A stretch of DNA of 64,000 nt from Lytechinus pictus (lineage: Eukaryota): positions 10,356,001 through 10,420,000 of the forward strand of contig NC_087263.1 of NCBI RefSeq assembly GCF_037042905.1, in the 5' to 3' direction. Below the pieces are notes generated by a model. The model ran no database searches. It saw nothing but the letters and a program-made list of their open reading frames with translations, and was not told the origin of the DNA. Below, in pieces: positions 1 to 42,722 of the stretch. The position numbers and the translations under genes were made by a program. How positions within the stretch are numbered: position 1 is the first letter of the stretch; each line of letters starts with the position of its first letter.

Positions 1-596
1 TATGCTGCTATTAGCCGCATAATTGGGTTTATGAAAGGGGTATTAGTCGTTTGGTCACTAATCCACACATTTCATCATACAAGAAATGATCGCTGAACAT
101 TGAAAGAAAAAGACCCTGTTGAAAAACAGCTTGCAACCGATATGTCTTTTTTTTTAATTGTAAACTGTAATTGAAGGAGAAGCGTGTTACTTAATTGTTC
201 TTACACACTAGCAGTAGTGGGATATATGTGGAGTAATGTGGCACAGACTTTACCTAGTTTATTACTTGGGATGAATTTTTATCAGTGTAAATCTTTCCTT
301 TTTTTTGCAGTTTCTCTTGGACATACTTGATATCAATCACACCTGCATTTTTCAATGCAAAATTGCATTTTCCACAAATCATATTCTGTCTTTGTATTGA
401 TTCCAGAAAAACAGGAATAAGCCTGTAGAAGACTGCAATTATCAAATACCTGTTTTGATGCGCGTAACAGTATATCTTTACTTCTAGCATTGTGCCATAT
501 CGATAACATATAAAAATTGTTCATGTTAGTGACAGTTTCATTGTGTGGTAGTTCCAATCTTGATGACATGATTGGGATTTTCATTTGTCTGGTTAG

Positions 597-28740
<28,144 letters not shown>

Positions 28741-29639
28741 TTACAACTAGAACCAGAGCGGATGGATGACTCGCATAATATTTCTTTGACTGAGCTGGCA
28801 ACTTGATTTTTTTTTCTTTTGTGTGTGTGTGTAAAATTACACTTAACTGGAAAATCAAAAGATTTCTCTTTCAATCTTGCACCAGCAACTTGAATTTTTT
28901 TAAATCACGCTTGAAATGTAAAGAAAATCTCAATCTTCAGTTGTTGACTTCATATGTATATGTGTATCTAATAAGTACATGTAGAATATTGGTAAGATTA
29001 TGAATTACCTAACTTGTTTCATATTTCTATTATGATAGGTATCTGCACATTGCAAGGATATTTCAAGAGCATTCTACATACATATAGTTTTTAACCGTTG
29101 CTTATGCCAACTAGATGGTCCGTTATTCTGCAAGCTCAGACTCTTATTTGACATTTTAACCAATTATACCATGTCTAGAGTGAAGACTAGTCGCCAAAGG
29201 CTCTGTCTGAGTCAAATAATAGCCAGCCACAGTACATAGTGAATCTAGTCTCACTACTTCAGACTCTGCATTATGCACTATGTGAATTGTGAAAAACCAT
29301 AGGTCCATGCCTGCAGATTAATGGTAATGTTCCGTTTACAGAGCATTCAGGTATTACAAAATCCAGTAGTCGACAGCAAGCTGATAATAATATTTTTAAA
29401 CAAAAATATATCAAAGATGTTTCCATGCTGTTCCTAACCTCTAAACAAATTGAACTCGTATGGGGTGCATTTCATGAAACAAATACTGTAGTCTGTGATT
29501 GTCACTGACTGTTTGTTATAAGCTACTGAAATCCTGGTATCTGATTGGCTCAGAGCAAATATGTTCATAAAAGTCACTGACGAGAGATGATTATGAAACA
29601 TTTTTCTAATATCATTTTTTTCATGTTGATTTCATCGAT

Positions 29640-29885
29640 ACTCTTTTTGATAATAAACTTGACCTCGACCCCACGATAAAGTGTGGTATTAATATACCAG
29701 AGCAAAAGCTAGTGCTATCACCGATAAAATCAGAGCAAAAAGGAACCCCCCCTATCTCACTGTTTCTTGTTGATATCACTCTTGTTGATATTAAACTTGA
29801 CCTCGAGACCCCACGATACAGTTTGGTATAGACATATCAGAGCAAAAGGAAGTACTATCACTGATAAATCAGCGCAAAAGGGAAG
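29640..29885. repeat. ~105-bp diverged direct repeat (2 copies) downstream of the COPB1 stop
   Basis: aaacttgacctcga..ccccacgata.agt.tggtat...cagagcaaaag...ctatcac.gataaa at ~29640 and ~29778. Confidence 0.8.
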
Positions 29886-31498
29886 TAAATAAACATTGTG
29901 ATCGGAGGTTTGGGGTGTAGACCTTCACCTGCCGGTTTCCTTTCAACCATTGACTCACCACTTGTCATGTGAATGCTGCTCATGTGAGTCTTGCTTTGTA
30001 ACAGGATTGCCACTTTTCAAAAAAAAATACATGTCGGAATTCCTTTCTTTTCTTTTTTTCATGGAAAGCCAGCAATGTGAACATCTAGAATGCATACATC
30101 CATTCCAAGCATTTTATAAATACGATGTTTACTCATACATGCATTGTGTTAGTCTTTGTTTTCAAGGGATAATTGTGTATTCATGCATTTCACGTCTCAA
30201 TAATTTTGACATTGCTGGCTTTCCATAGTTGTTGTTGATCAGATATACAGCACTTTGTAAGATCGAGCCCTGCAGCGATTGCCCTAGATAAAGTTTCATA
30301 CTTAATTTAAAAAGTTTCATACTTCATTTGTCAAATTTCATATTTCATGTACGTGAAAATGTGTTGACTTTGGTCGGTGTTTGATAGCGCATTGATGTCT
30401 CCGTTTCTATCATTTGTTCCATTCCTTGATATTCCATCCGGAAACCAAGACTTAGTCTTCTACTCGAGGCAAGGTTAATGCATATAATTAATTGATCAAA
30501 AGACGATTAAAAATCAATTAGTACATCATTTAGAATTTGTGAAGTCATTTCAGGGAAGAAGAGGTTTTGAAACTTAATGGGACATTTATAATTGTTCACA
30601 TGCAAATGGCAATGTGCCAGCTTTAGCTTCTGATTACTATGTACATGTTTCCTATTGTGTATCTGTAATGCTAATGTAGCTTTTTAAGAGGGTGCACATT
30701 AATCGGGAGCAGAGGCGGTTGTGCACAAAAGTTAGTGGATCCCACCACAATATGCACTCAAAGGTGAAAGACAATAGTTGCAGCAAACAATTATTTCATG
30801 AGAAAGTCTTTTAAATCAAGGTTAATTGACAAAATATTATCATACATCTAGATCTGGTACATTGAAATGAACTTATCTTTGTGAAATCATGAAATTTTTG
30901 CTGAAAACCGATAATTCAGATGAGCACCGACACACAAAGGCATATGTGGGACAGTGAATTAATATTGCTTGGAGAAATACCACACATTCGATGGAATTCC
31001 ATTCTTATTTAGCTCATTTCTCAGCAATTACACATTTTCTGCCAGAGCTATTTGGCACATATTTTTTAGTTATACATATAAACACTTTCATTGGATTTTG
31101 TTCGGACTCATTTTGAGATCGTTCCCACAACTGGTATTTATCTTTAATCATGAGTATGGAATGTAGACAACAACACTACAATGTTCAGCGAGCTCAGAGA
31201 TTAGCTTTATGGAATGTGATATTTTATCACCCGACTTCACAATTAAATATTTAACACATGGCAGAACCTGAACACTTATTATGAACACATTACTAATTAT
31301 GTTCATTTTCTGGTGCGGTTCACTGACTTCTGAGCACCACTATACATGTATGTAGTGGAGGATATATGTCTTTAATATAGTATATAAAGAACTAATTAAG
31401 TATTATTAAATATGTAATAACTAAGTGGTCCTTGTCTGACAATAAAAGGAATAGAAAATCTATAAATTGACGTGTCCAGTGGCGTGATTTACATGTAT

Positions 31499-31681
31499 CA
31501 GGGGTGTGAGAGTTCAGATTTTTAGCTGATTTCTGGTTTTTTTTCTTTTGATTTTCAGCTTAGTTTCAGCTTATTTTTGGCTTTCCTCTACAAAAAGTAT
31601 GGGAGCTCTTTCTTTTTCAGACTTTTTCAACACTCTTCAGCTTTATTTAGATCTTTTTATTTGTGACCACTCACACCCCTG
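31499..31681. mobile_element. 183-bp MITE with 6-bp TSD
   Basis: Perfect TIR caggggtgtgag / ctcacacccctg; TSD atgtat. Confidence 0.85.
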
Positions 31682-31752
31682 ATGTATACAGAATGATAAT
31701 GATTTTCAAAAACATTTTGTCCGTAGTCGATACTGGGTTTATTTTGGCATGA

Positions 31753-31980
31753 TGGGGAGCGTTGTGGCCCAGTGGAGTAGTCTCCGGACTGTGAAACCGA
31801 GGGTCGTGGGTTTAAATCCCAGCCATGGCATACTTTCCCTCAGCAACAAATTGATCCGTATTCGTATTGTGCTGCACTCAACCCAGGCGAGGTGAATGGG
31901 TACCTGGCAGGATTAATTCCTTGAATGCAACTAAGTGCCTTTAGCAGATGGAGCTAAGCTTGCTAAAGCCAGAGTAAGAT
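31753..31980 (+). mobile_element. tRNA-derived SINE
   Basis: ggggagcgttgtggcccagtgg (A box) ... gggtttaaatccc (B box-like), then the conserved core cactcaacccaggcgaggtgaatgggtacc. Confidence 0.75.
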
Positions 31981-31981
31981 A

Positions 31982-32518
31982 CAGTGTGTCCCACAAAAAA
32001 GGAAACCGGTTTTCAGAGATAGATTTCAGATTTATTTAACATGTTTTTACTATGAGTTTGTTACTTACGGTAAGAGTGGAATCTCTTCTTTAATTTGAGA
32101 CCAACAGCTTAGCAAATCATGTAACCCATGGCAGATTACAAACAATAAATATTGAGGCCTATCAAACGATGTGTACAGAAACTTGCATGTTAATCTGTAT
32201 CCACTCTCAATTCAGGGATCAGTGAAAGAAACTTAACAAAGAATACAAAAGAAATGCTAATGAGCCAATCGTCGAATAAGCACGATTGTCGTATCATGAA
32301 CCAATCTTGCCCAATTATTCTGCGCAACCTGGTTTTGACATTAAAATTTCAAACTCGTCGTGTTCATTAATGGGTTAGAAGTGTTTGTCACATATTAGAT
32401 ATTGAAATGTAGAGGAATTATTGAATTGCATGATGATGTAAATGAAATATTGCAATTAATTTGCCTTTGAGGAAAAAAGATGTGGGAATCCCAGTTTCCT
32501 TTTTTCTGGGACACAGTG
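31982..32518. mobile_element. Tc1/mariner-like MITE
   Basis: ta|cagtgtgtcccacaaaaaaggaaac ... gtttccttttttctgggacacagtg. Confidence 0.7.
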
Positions 32519-32614
32519 CGCCATTGAATAAGCAACTAGAAAGGAGAGATATAGGGAGAGGCAGAGAAAGTGAGAAGGTGAAATGAGAGACATGAGGGAG
32601 TTCTCCCACTGCAA

Positions 32615-33435
32615 AGTCCAGCGCACACTATGCAATCAGATGCGACACAAAAAAAAAAAAAATGCATTTGCATTAAATGTGAAGGTTCCAAGAAGAAAAA
32701 TTATTTTATTTGAACTTCGTCATTTTTTAAGGAATAATAAAATCAGAATTTTGCTTTGAGGCAAGTGCTGTTGGCGGATGAAAGTCCAAATCGGCATCGT
32801 CGAGTCGCTGCCAATGATGACGTCATTGCGATTTGAAATTGAATTTGCTTTTATTCCTACAAGGAGGCTCAAACTAGACTGAAATTTTGATTTCAGTAAT
32901 CCTTACCACTGTTCTGAACTCTGATTGCTAAGATTTTATCTCAAATGCTATTACAATAAGCTTGTTCATGGTTGTAAACTGCGCACGAGCAGAAAAAGGT
33001 CATTGGAGATAAACCATGAAGGTGGCTTACAAATTCACTGACATAGGCATTTGTGATTTGATGATTATTCATGTATTCCTTTCAAAATATTCATTTTATC
33101 ACATGCATCCAAGCTGAAGAGTAATAAATAGAGCCTTCATAATCACTGGTATTTGACAGTAGCCTAAACAATATTCAAATGTGCCAAAGGCAGACTAAAC
33201 TTTATCCCTGATGTACTACTATTCTAGTCACCTGGTCTACACAATGCCTTTTGTTCTTAGAATTTGAATACTCTACCGGTAAAGCTTACGCAACATCTGC
33301 ATTTGAAAATGATAGTGCTTATCGTAATGAAAAATCACAAAGGTCATTTGAGAAAAGTTGATCATGAGCTAACCGTGAACTGGCTTATTCATTTGAAATT
33401 TGGATCGTAATAAATCGCAGAGTGTGTGCTGGGCT
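32615..33435. mobile_element. Degenerate Harbinger-like non-autonomous element; related fragment at ~7899-8200
   Basis: TIR agtccagcgcacactatgc / gcagagtgtgtgctgggct. Confidence 0.6.
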
Positions 33436-36400
33436 TATGCAGAACAGGATACGATGAAAATGCATTGTGAAATGCCCTTTATGACAAAGAGCAGTCAAGA
33501 AGTCTAAGAAATAGTCAATCAAAATGGCAGTTTCATCCTTTACCCTGGACAAGCCAAACATTTTTAGTCAGCTCCGAAACTTCAGGCGAAACCGCTGTTC
33601 CAATTCTCCAATTTTCAACATAGAGTCGGCCGTTCTTGGTCATTTGAAAGGCATTATCAATACATATTCTGTGTTCATTAATCTGTTTTGCAGTGCGAAA
33701 CCAAGTGACAGAGAAGGGGAGAAAAAAAATTGTTCCCGAGTTTGAGATGAAGCAAAAATAAAGTTATGGAAAATGTCTTGAATTCATGGATTGTCTGATA
33801 AATAATTTAATGGCATGATTACAGAAACCATTGTTCAGATAGAGCATTTCTACCATTTGGATTATGTCTTTAGGGGGGATTCAGGGAGTGGGAGGGGCCT
33901 GACCGTGCAACATACATGTGTAAAAACCACAATCAGATGGTAATTTGTATGTTTTGTATAGATTTCTTCAAAAAAGTCTTGTCACGACTGTTTTAACTAT
34001 AACATTCTTCCTAAATAACCTGAAAAGAACTTGAAAGCTCATAAATATTGCTATCATTCTCACAACAGGAATTTCCCTTTAACACTGAAAACGGCTCTCA
34101 AGAAGGAAATAAGCTCAAAGTCCAAATTTCCCTTTTGGTGAACATGATTTTATACAAATTCAGGCATCAGGTTTTGATAAATTAGGGTCATGTTCAAGTG
34201 AAGTCCCAAGTTCAAGCACTGAATTGAAGATTGTAATTGGATTTTTATTCTTATATTGTAATATTCAATCTCGGACAGAATGAATTGGGGCACTTAAAAT
34301 TGTGATGAAAATTGTGTTGCATGCCTGTCTGGCAATTGCGTGCCGGACATATGATTCTGATCCTTCTTGTGTCGACACTTTTCTTTTAATGGTTCTGTGC
34401 AAATTTATCGGCCTTTCAGATCGACAACATATTTCTGTGAGATGTATTTCCTTGGTGGTTGTGCTATATCATTGGCGAGTTTTTGCAAACCAGTTTGCAG
34501 ACGCTTTTTGGAACATTGAGAATCTATTGAAAATTCCCATCAAATCACAATGAACAGCTAAGAGGTCATTGTCGAAAATTGGTGAACCGGGACAGCAGAT
34601 CGTCCCAAGATTAGGAACTGACGAAAAATTGCAAATACATGTATGTCGTTTATCCAGAGTCCAGGATGACACTGCTGTTTTGATTCACCGATTTTCAACA
34701 AAGGCTGCTCGTCATGAAGGGCTTTAGACAATAGATTCTCTACGTGTACATTCCAGAAAGCGGCTGCATAGTGGTTGCAAAAACTCCAGATTATCAAACA
34801 AGTAAAATACCTGCAGCCAAAAAGTGGTTATGCATTGGTTCCCTCTTTGCACCTGCTTTTTTTTTTAAGTGGTACACGCATCTACAAATTCATCTTCTCT
34901 AAATGAAAAGCAAGTTTGCAAACATGTTATTCACACAATAGTGCTGGTAGCAACGGAGCAAAAATTCTATGCCACAGAAGATGCATATATCTTAATCGTT
35001 TGTAATGTGGAAGAATGTAGAAATTTGTAAAATGATGATTTAAAAATTGTCAAATTCTAAGGGTTTTTCAGAGATGGATACTGTTATCATACAATATTTT
35101 GCCAAATTTTAGGCCATAGTAAGGCTTTGAGATATATTTCGTCATGTGTTTAAAATCCACATTTTGTGATCAAATAAAACTAGAAATATTCCCAATAATC
35201 TATATTTAACACAAAGCACTTTTCACTTTCAACTTTACAGTTTCAGCTGACTCAATGCACATTGAGTCAGCTGATGAAGACATGCACAGACCTGTTTCAT
35301 CAAAATGATTCAAAAATGTGTTATTCTTTGTCTGATATTGATGAAATTATCAGTCATTTTTATCCTGGAGTACCCCTGTTGATGATGCACAATAATATTA
35401 TTTTAACTATGGTGCAGAAATTCAGCTCATTAGGCCCACTCCAAAATACACAAACACATGACAAGAGACAAAAATGGTAATTTGGATGTATACTCATATT
35501 CTAAATCAAATTGACACATACTGTACATACAACAGTGCAACAACACAACAGAAAATCAACTCTTAATATAAATATATTTCTTTCTCTCAATTTAATATAA
35601 TATCAAAGTATATCTACATGATATAAATTTGGCAATTTAACTAACGGCTATTAGGAGTACATATTATCCGAGGCAAAGTCTACCACTAGCTACTTCTGGG
35701 CAAGAAAAGAAAAACGATATTTGCGTGCTCAAAAAATAAGACATTTAGAAGTGAGATATATATACTCATTCAGGTTATCAAAACACTGTGTATATAATAT
35801 GTATTATGTACATTGTATATCACATCATTTGCAGCTAAATAGACACATATACATCATCATCAATTACTTAAATAGAAAATTACTTGCATAAATTTTCATA
35901 AACCAAAGTGAGACAAAATATATATAATTAGTGACAAAATATTTTTTATATTTGAAAAATATATATATTTTAATTGGCAAATACAGGCAAAATGTGTTGT
36001 GAAAAATACATCCCATTCAACTCAAATCTACCATGAATCCTACAGCTCTTTGATCAATTATCACGTGAATGTCGCATATTGTTTTGAAACGCAGCTGGAC
36101 CTTAAAAACATCGTACTTAAACTTCACACTCTTCTATAAATGTATATATTATTATTATCACAATTATACCATTGTGTGTACTTTTTTTGCTAAAAGATAT
36201 AGAAAATAAAAATATGTAAAAAATCAACAAATAAAAATACAGGATAAAATATTAAGATCATTTAAAAGAGCATTTGAAAGAAATGAATAATTTATGAACA
36301 AAGGGAGGACATCTGAGTTCTAAATGCTATACTCACAGCAGACTCAAAATCTACCAATAATAAGCATTTCAAAATAATGTAATAGCTTTGATCTTTATGG

Positions 36401-38933
36401 AGCTGGTTTTCTTGGGGTAACGCATGCATGACTACCTGTAATTCCTCTCTAATGTTTTTTTTTCATTGTGAGAAGACTTTAAACTAGCGGTAGACAAAAT
36501 ATGATGAGCTGATTAACTTTCTTGGACTGTGGGAGCATTGCATTTGCTGCAAAAGTAGCCCCCCCCCCCCCATCTTTCCCAGAAAAAAAATATTTCTCCA
36601 ATAAATTTGTGTATTCATATCTGGGTCCAAAGGAATGCATACACACTTATAGTAATTTTCAAAAATAGTTTGCACAATTCCATAACATTAACAAGTAAAA
36701 TATAAGCCAATCAAATTTCAGTAGCTTTACACTTTTGTTACAACAAGTTTTGTGAAATGGGGACCTGGTATAGAGTGGCACAACAGGTTTTTAAAAAATG
36801 TTGTTTTTTTTTATTTCATTTTTGGGGGCTTCTTTTCAAAACTTACTGCCTAAATCAGCAACACTGGATAAGCTTTAATACTGAGATGTATGGGGATTTT
36901 CAGGGCTCCCTTTTTCATTTTCCAGGGATCTTTTGAACATTTCTAGGGCTAAATTGCCCAAACCCCCATGTATTTATTCTGCCTGTACCCCAATGGAGAG
37001 TGCCATTCCAATGGAGAATGCAAATATGTAAATCAACAATGCACCATTTTGACTTGGACAAACTTTTAGACATATTTACCCATTTCAAAAGAATTCAAAA
37101 AGATACACATGCATTGCAATGCTGTGTTGTCATATATAAAAACAGTTTCAAGGAAAGTATGTATTATATATTAACAAGAAAATTACAAGTCATACATATT
37201 ACATTATCATTTATCAAAGTATGTATTTCAGTTTCTGCTAGTAAAGGAGTTACTGTTCTTTTAAATATGACATTTTAAATCTTTAAAAACGTAATTGATA
37301 CAAAAAACTACAGTTTATGTGTCACATTGATTTTTTTTAAGCAGAGTAAAATAATAATGACTTTATTACTTATGCAAGTCTTGTAGTAGAGGGCGAGATA
37401 CATGAAGTCACAGAAAAAGGTAACCCACTTGCCCCCCCCCCACCCTCCCACCTTCCGAATAATGTGGAGCAATGTACAAAAAAGAGAGAACTGAGAATGT
37501 TCATCGACTTGGCAGATTTACATACATGGTGCAAACATGTACGTATGTATCTGTCCCTTGCCACACTTTCCAAAAAGTACTTGCCCTTTCAATATGGGTG
37601 GGTTTTTTTTTGTAAGGGCATATATTCACTTTTTTAGTGATGAAATTATTTTGTTTCTCAGAAGAATTTATAAAGTTTTTTTTAAAAAGGTATAACCGCA
37701 AAAATTACAGATATTTTGTGTGTGTGTGTGTCATCTCATCATTACATCTTGAATGTGCCACCAATTCTAGAAAAAATGTCATACAGTACAGTGTATCTGC
37801 ATTTTGCATCAAGATTTGTTTTTACAGGTCGATCAATCATTGGGGGTTTACTTTTCGGTGGAAAATGCAGTCTGAACTGAACAAGGAAATGAAGTCAGTT
37901 TTTACAGATATATACCTCTCACTTTGACTTTCATAAATTTGTTTTAAAGGGAAAGTTTGATGCTAAGTGCTTTTTAAATAAATGCACAAAAATGAGAGAA
38001 ACCTAGCCAGTAGGTTTGGGCAAACTCCATCAAAGAATAATGGAGTACTTTTGAATTACAGAAATGTTACTGAATTATGCTGTTACTTGCGAGCAGCTCC
38101 CCCCAATACAATCTGAATTCCAAAAGTGGACAAATTTCAATGTTCATTCAATACATAAACTTCACAAATTGCCATTTCTAGCAATGATAAAACTTCTGTT
38201 TCTATATCGCTCTAAACAGTGTTAATGGGCGTATTACAGATATATTATTACCAAAGTGATCAGAATGGGGCTTTAATACCCACACACAATTCATGCACTT
38301 TCTCCACTCCCTGAGGAGCATCCTGCAAGAGCTTCTAAACCAAATATGTGCTAATAACATATTCTAAGTCGATTTTAACCTAAGATAAATCTGATTAGAC
38401 AGAGGCAGAGTCACCTTTAGTAATGTAATAATGACCACCATATATGTATATGCAAAATCATGTCGACTGGAATATCAAAAAAGAAAGTAAGAAAAATTCT
38501 TTAAAAATTCCACCCTCAACAGTCACTATTCGCGTGACTGCGTACCTTCGAAAGCAATTAGTAATTCAGCCAGCAAAGTGTTACATTCCCATTAGGCACT
38601 TACATGTAATAAATCTTGCATATCAAATAAAATTTCACTTTCACAAGATCACATACGTCAATATATCTGTCACAGTAATTTTCTCAAAAGTTTAAAAACA
38701 TCTTTCACAATTACATCGATCATATGACATTCTGCCTACACATCTTGCCTCCACTGTACACATGCACTATAACGATACAACACAATCTGAATCATCAAAA
38801 ATTGCAAGTGATTTTCCCCACAATGATCATTAATTAATTTCATGATTTCCTGATGCCTCGACTTTAAAAAAGATGATTCCATGATAGCCTACATTGGTAG
38901 TAGATGAGGGAAATCTTCAGCACTAATACAGTA

Positions 38934-39161
38934 CAGTGGTGCTAACAAGTTGGTGAACCCCACCAGAAATGAACATATTTCAAGGGTTCAAGTTCTGCCA
39001 TGTTTTATTTGATTGTGAAATAAGGTGATAAAATATTACATTCAATAAAGTTTGTTTCTCTGGGCTTGCCAAACATTTTTAAGTGTTGTCTACATTCAAC
39101 ATTCAGCATGAAGGAGTGCATTTTGTGGCAGGGTTCACTGTTAAACTTTTGAGCACAACTG
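38934..39161. mobile_element. Tc1/mariner-like MITE
   Basis: ta|cagtggtgctaacaagtt..gtgaacc ... ggttcactgttaaacttttgagcacaactg|ta. Confidence 0.7.
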
Positions 39162-39984
39162 TATAAATCTATTTCTTCAAAACATATAGCAGTACATCAA
39201 GTGTTGAATTATAAACATATTCACAGACGAAACCTTCATCATAAAACCCCTATGACAATCATTGAACCAAAATCATCTCCCCCTGACTATCATCAACAAA
39301 TCTACAAGCTGAAAATCAGGACATTCAATAGACCAAGTGATATCATCTTATGCTCAGTATTACAACATTTATAATTTATAAATAGCAAATGAGGAACAGG
39401 AAGTGCCTGAAGAAACAATATTTTTCAATCCACTTTGTGGTTTGTGGTGTACATGTACAATAAATGTGTGGGATAATTCAAACAAACAAACAGTGATAAG
39501 TAAACAAACATGTACATGTATCTCACTTATATAAAAACACATTTTCCATGAAATACTTCCTTCTACGTGTTTGATGTCATTATGTTATTGTTTTCATATT
39601 TCACCTATTTGTTGATATGTTTGTGCATGTGCATACTCCTTCACCCTGTCTTACAAAGAGTTGCGATTGATCCGATCAACCACAACTATGGAAAGCCAGC
39701 ATCGCCACCATCTAAAATGCACGTTTATTAAAAATATTTCCTAGATTGGATGTATATTCATACATTCCCTGTTTTCTTGTCAATTCAGTATGCTTCGCTC
39801 TGTTCTCAAAGACATCGTGCAAATTTCCTTTGGAAACAATTATGACATTGATGGATTTCCATAAGTTAAGATTTATCGTAAGATGGGGCCCTGATATACT
39901 GTATGATGCCTTCTCATGGCATCTACATTTCTAGAGTACGCACATGTGCTTGCAATAGTAAGCCACACTCGCCACACTCACAGT

Positions 39985-40345
39985 CCCGGGGGGGGGGGGG
40001 GGGGGCTACTTAGCATAAATGTATGATACGTATGTGCCGCGGTCGAGACCCCCCATTTTCAGCCTAAATTTCCGTTCCAGAGCATTACCAATTTAGAAAG
40101 CCATAGAAATTCCAATTTTCCCCCTTTCTAGAGACCCCAAATTTGTGGTTTCTCGTCCCAGTGCACGCCCATCATGAACTACTCAGCCGGTCGGGGCGGC
40201 GAGCTCGATCGACGCGGAGTCATTTGAGTTTCGGAGACCCCATTTTTAAGACGAATATTTAGTTCCAGAGCGCACTATTTTCAACTTTTGTGTGGCACAC
40301 AGGTATCATGTTGTAATTCGAGTAGCCCCGCCCCCTCCCCCCAGG
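39985..40345. mobile_element. DNA transposon derivative with CCCGGG-polyG ends and 8-bp TSD
   Basis: ctcacagt flanks both sides; cccggggg..ggctact / agtagcccc..ccagg. Confidence 0.75.
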
Positions 40346-40430
40346 CTCACAGTCAAGCCTGTCTTTAGCAACCAACAAAAAATTCTCCCATTTGATATGA
40401 ATATATGTATGTGTTACAGAAGCTGTCTAT

Positions 40431-40763
40431 AATAATAATAATATTCCGCATTTATATAGCGCTTAACACATCGGAACGACGTCTCTAAGCGCTTTACAGA
40501 TATATTATTACCCCGGTCATCGGATCCTTGCATGCCCGCATACAATGTATGCACCTTCTCCACTCCCTGGGACCATTCCCACAAGAGTTCCAAGACTCAA
40601 TTGCTAGGCATACTACATAGGCTTTCGCATCCTATCGGGTACCCATTTAGCACCTGGGTCGACAGTGGCAAAGTGTGGATTAACGCCTTGCCAAAGGACG
40701 CTAGGCCATGGTGGGATTCGAACACACGACCCTCTGATTACAAGGCGAGAGTCAGAACCGCTA
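40431..40763 (-). mobile_element. Near full-length tRNA-derived SINE with (ATT)n tail
   Basis: Reverse strand: tagcggttctgactctcgccttgtaatcagagggtcgtgtgttcgaatccc (B box), core cgacccaggtgctaaatgggtaccc, tail aagcgctatataaatgcggaatattattattatt. Confidence 0.8.
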
Positions 40764-42588
40764 TAAAGGTCACTTGTCTACAGTGGCCACTTTCACTATA
40801 TTCCTTGGATGGCCTATAGACAGATTTGATTCTAGTGATGATTACATCTGGGGACTGTTTCACAAATACTTGTTATAATAACAAATGCATGCCATAGTTT
40901 CTATAAAACAAGTTTATGATATACGGCCAATTAAATTGAAGGATTTCAGTAGCTTTAAAATGTTATTGCAATGCTAAAAAAGGGCCCCAGGTTTTATATT
41001 TATAAAGTACATGAATTGAAGTTTCTTCAAAATTGTAATGGACTATGTTTTATTGGTAATCATTATGGCACAGATATAACAATGAGCAAAGGACATCATT
41101 ACAAAATTCATGAAAATCAAAGTCTACCATTAAAATGATTAATCCTTGCCTGTTCTCACAAACTACATAAACAAATAAGCTCATCATGCCTTACGACATT
41201 TGCCTAAACTTGGCCTCATGGAAATTGGTAACAGACAGTACATGTAGATATTTTTCTATATTGCATGAACAAGAAAGGGATAACACATTTTATCTTATTT
41301 TCATATAAAATATAGTTTCTAATGGCTTTCCAATTAGATGAAATCATTGCACCAACTTTAAAACATCTCACCTTGATTTAAACATTATATCAGGTGATTC
41401 CCTGAACATATAATGTATTATCATAATTTTAATAAATAAAAAATTAACATCACAAATTTCTCACATGAAAAAAGTAGAAGCATGTTTAATAGTGATATTC
41501 CATGTACATCATTGTACACATGCATTTATCTGCATACATACATGTTATCTACTCTACATCTAATCTTGCTTGTACTAAGAAAATTTATTTTTGCGATTGA
41601 CTTTCACTGCACAACATTGCACCCATGGAACAGCATATAATGGTTTGTTTGCACACAATGATCAATGCTGTTAAGCCTTGAAACCAGCCCTACGATCAAT
41701 TAAGCAATTTAAACAGTGTATTATGGGGCCTTGATGGAGTAGGGATAAGATCTACATGTAAGATCATACATGTACATGGTGACTCCTTAAGGGGGGGGGG
41801 AGATGACCCTCACTTATAGGCTGCTGTACAAAATTTTAGCTGGGATTCCCCCTGTGCCCCACCCATGTCATACATGTACATGTATATTGATGTGTGTAGA
41901 GTATAGTACTCTTTATGAAATGATAAAAATGTGAGAATGTTCTTCGTTTGTCTCCCCTCCCCAATCCCTGCCCATGTCTAATACTGAAACAGGGGAGGGG
42001 GAGATAATGTCCCCCTTGTGTCTCATCCCCCCATGTCTTTAATAGTTAGATTGATATGTGAAGAGTATGTTGTTTTTATTTAATGATAAAAACACTGACA
42101 GTTACAGCTGTCATAATAGACATACATGGTAGCCGGTTTCTACTCAAGAGCCTGTGAGTTGCTGGTTTTGGGTGTGTTCACACATTTATATAATTGATCA
42201 GTAAAATATCAGTACCATACAACCAAAAGACTAACGTTTTCACAACATTTTAAATGTTTTGCAAAAAAAAATTAATAGCAATGACGGTGTTAGACAATCT
42301 GAATATTATCTAGACCATCTGCTTGTAGACCAAGTGGGTTTAGCCATGGTAGTATTAGACATACATCTGAGAATTAGACAATCTGTCAGTTAATAGACCA
42401 AGTGGGTTTAGCCATTTTAGACAATCTGACAGTTAGACCATGTTTAGACATATCTCAGAACTAGACCATCTGCTAGTAGATCAAATGTGTTTAGGCGTGA
42501 TAGCATTACACAATCTAAGAATTTAATAGACTATCTGCCAGTATACCAAGTGAAAATAAACCTTCCGATAAGGAGGGCAAGGGGGGAG

Positions 42589-42722
42589 CATAGGCGGCGG
42601 AAGCGGGGGGACGTGTCCCTCCCTAAATTTTTTGTTGATGACCTTTTTTTTTTTTTTTTTTTTTTTGCTTGTCAAAAATTTTTGGTGGTCCCCCCTAAAT
42701 TGTTTGGCTTCCGCCGCCAATG
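42589..42722. mobile_element. hAT-like MITE
   Basis: TIR cataggcggcggaagc / gcttccgccgccaatg; 8-bp TSD ggggggag. Confidence 0.8.

Noticed and set aside
31441..31446. AATAAA as the COPB1 polyadenylation signal
   Set aside because: One of several candidates in AT-rich DNA; cannot be chosen without transcript data.
33500..34800. Coding-like stretch with several 67-83 aa ORFs on both strands
   Set aside because: No recognisable domain, frequent stops and no consistent splice structure. It might be a decayed transposon ORF, but I cannot support that without a BLASTX search.
42290..42560. Region with recurring tagacca/tagacaatctg motifs (also ~14020-14270 and ~24040-24100)
   Set aside because: Probably decayed repeat-rich transposon remnants; boundaries cannot be defined.
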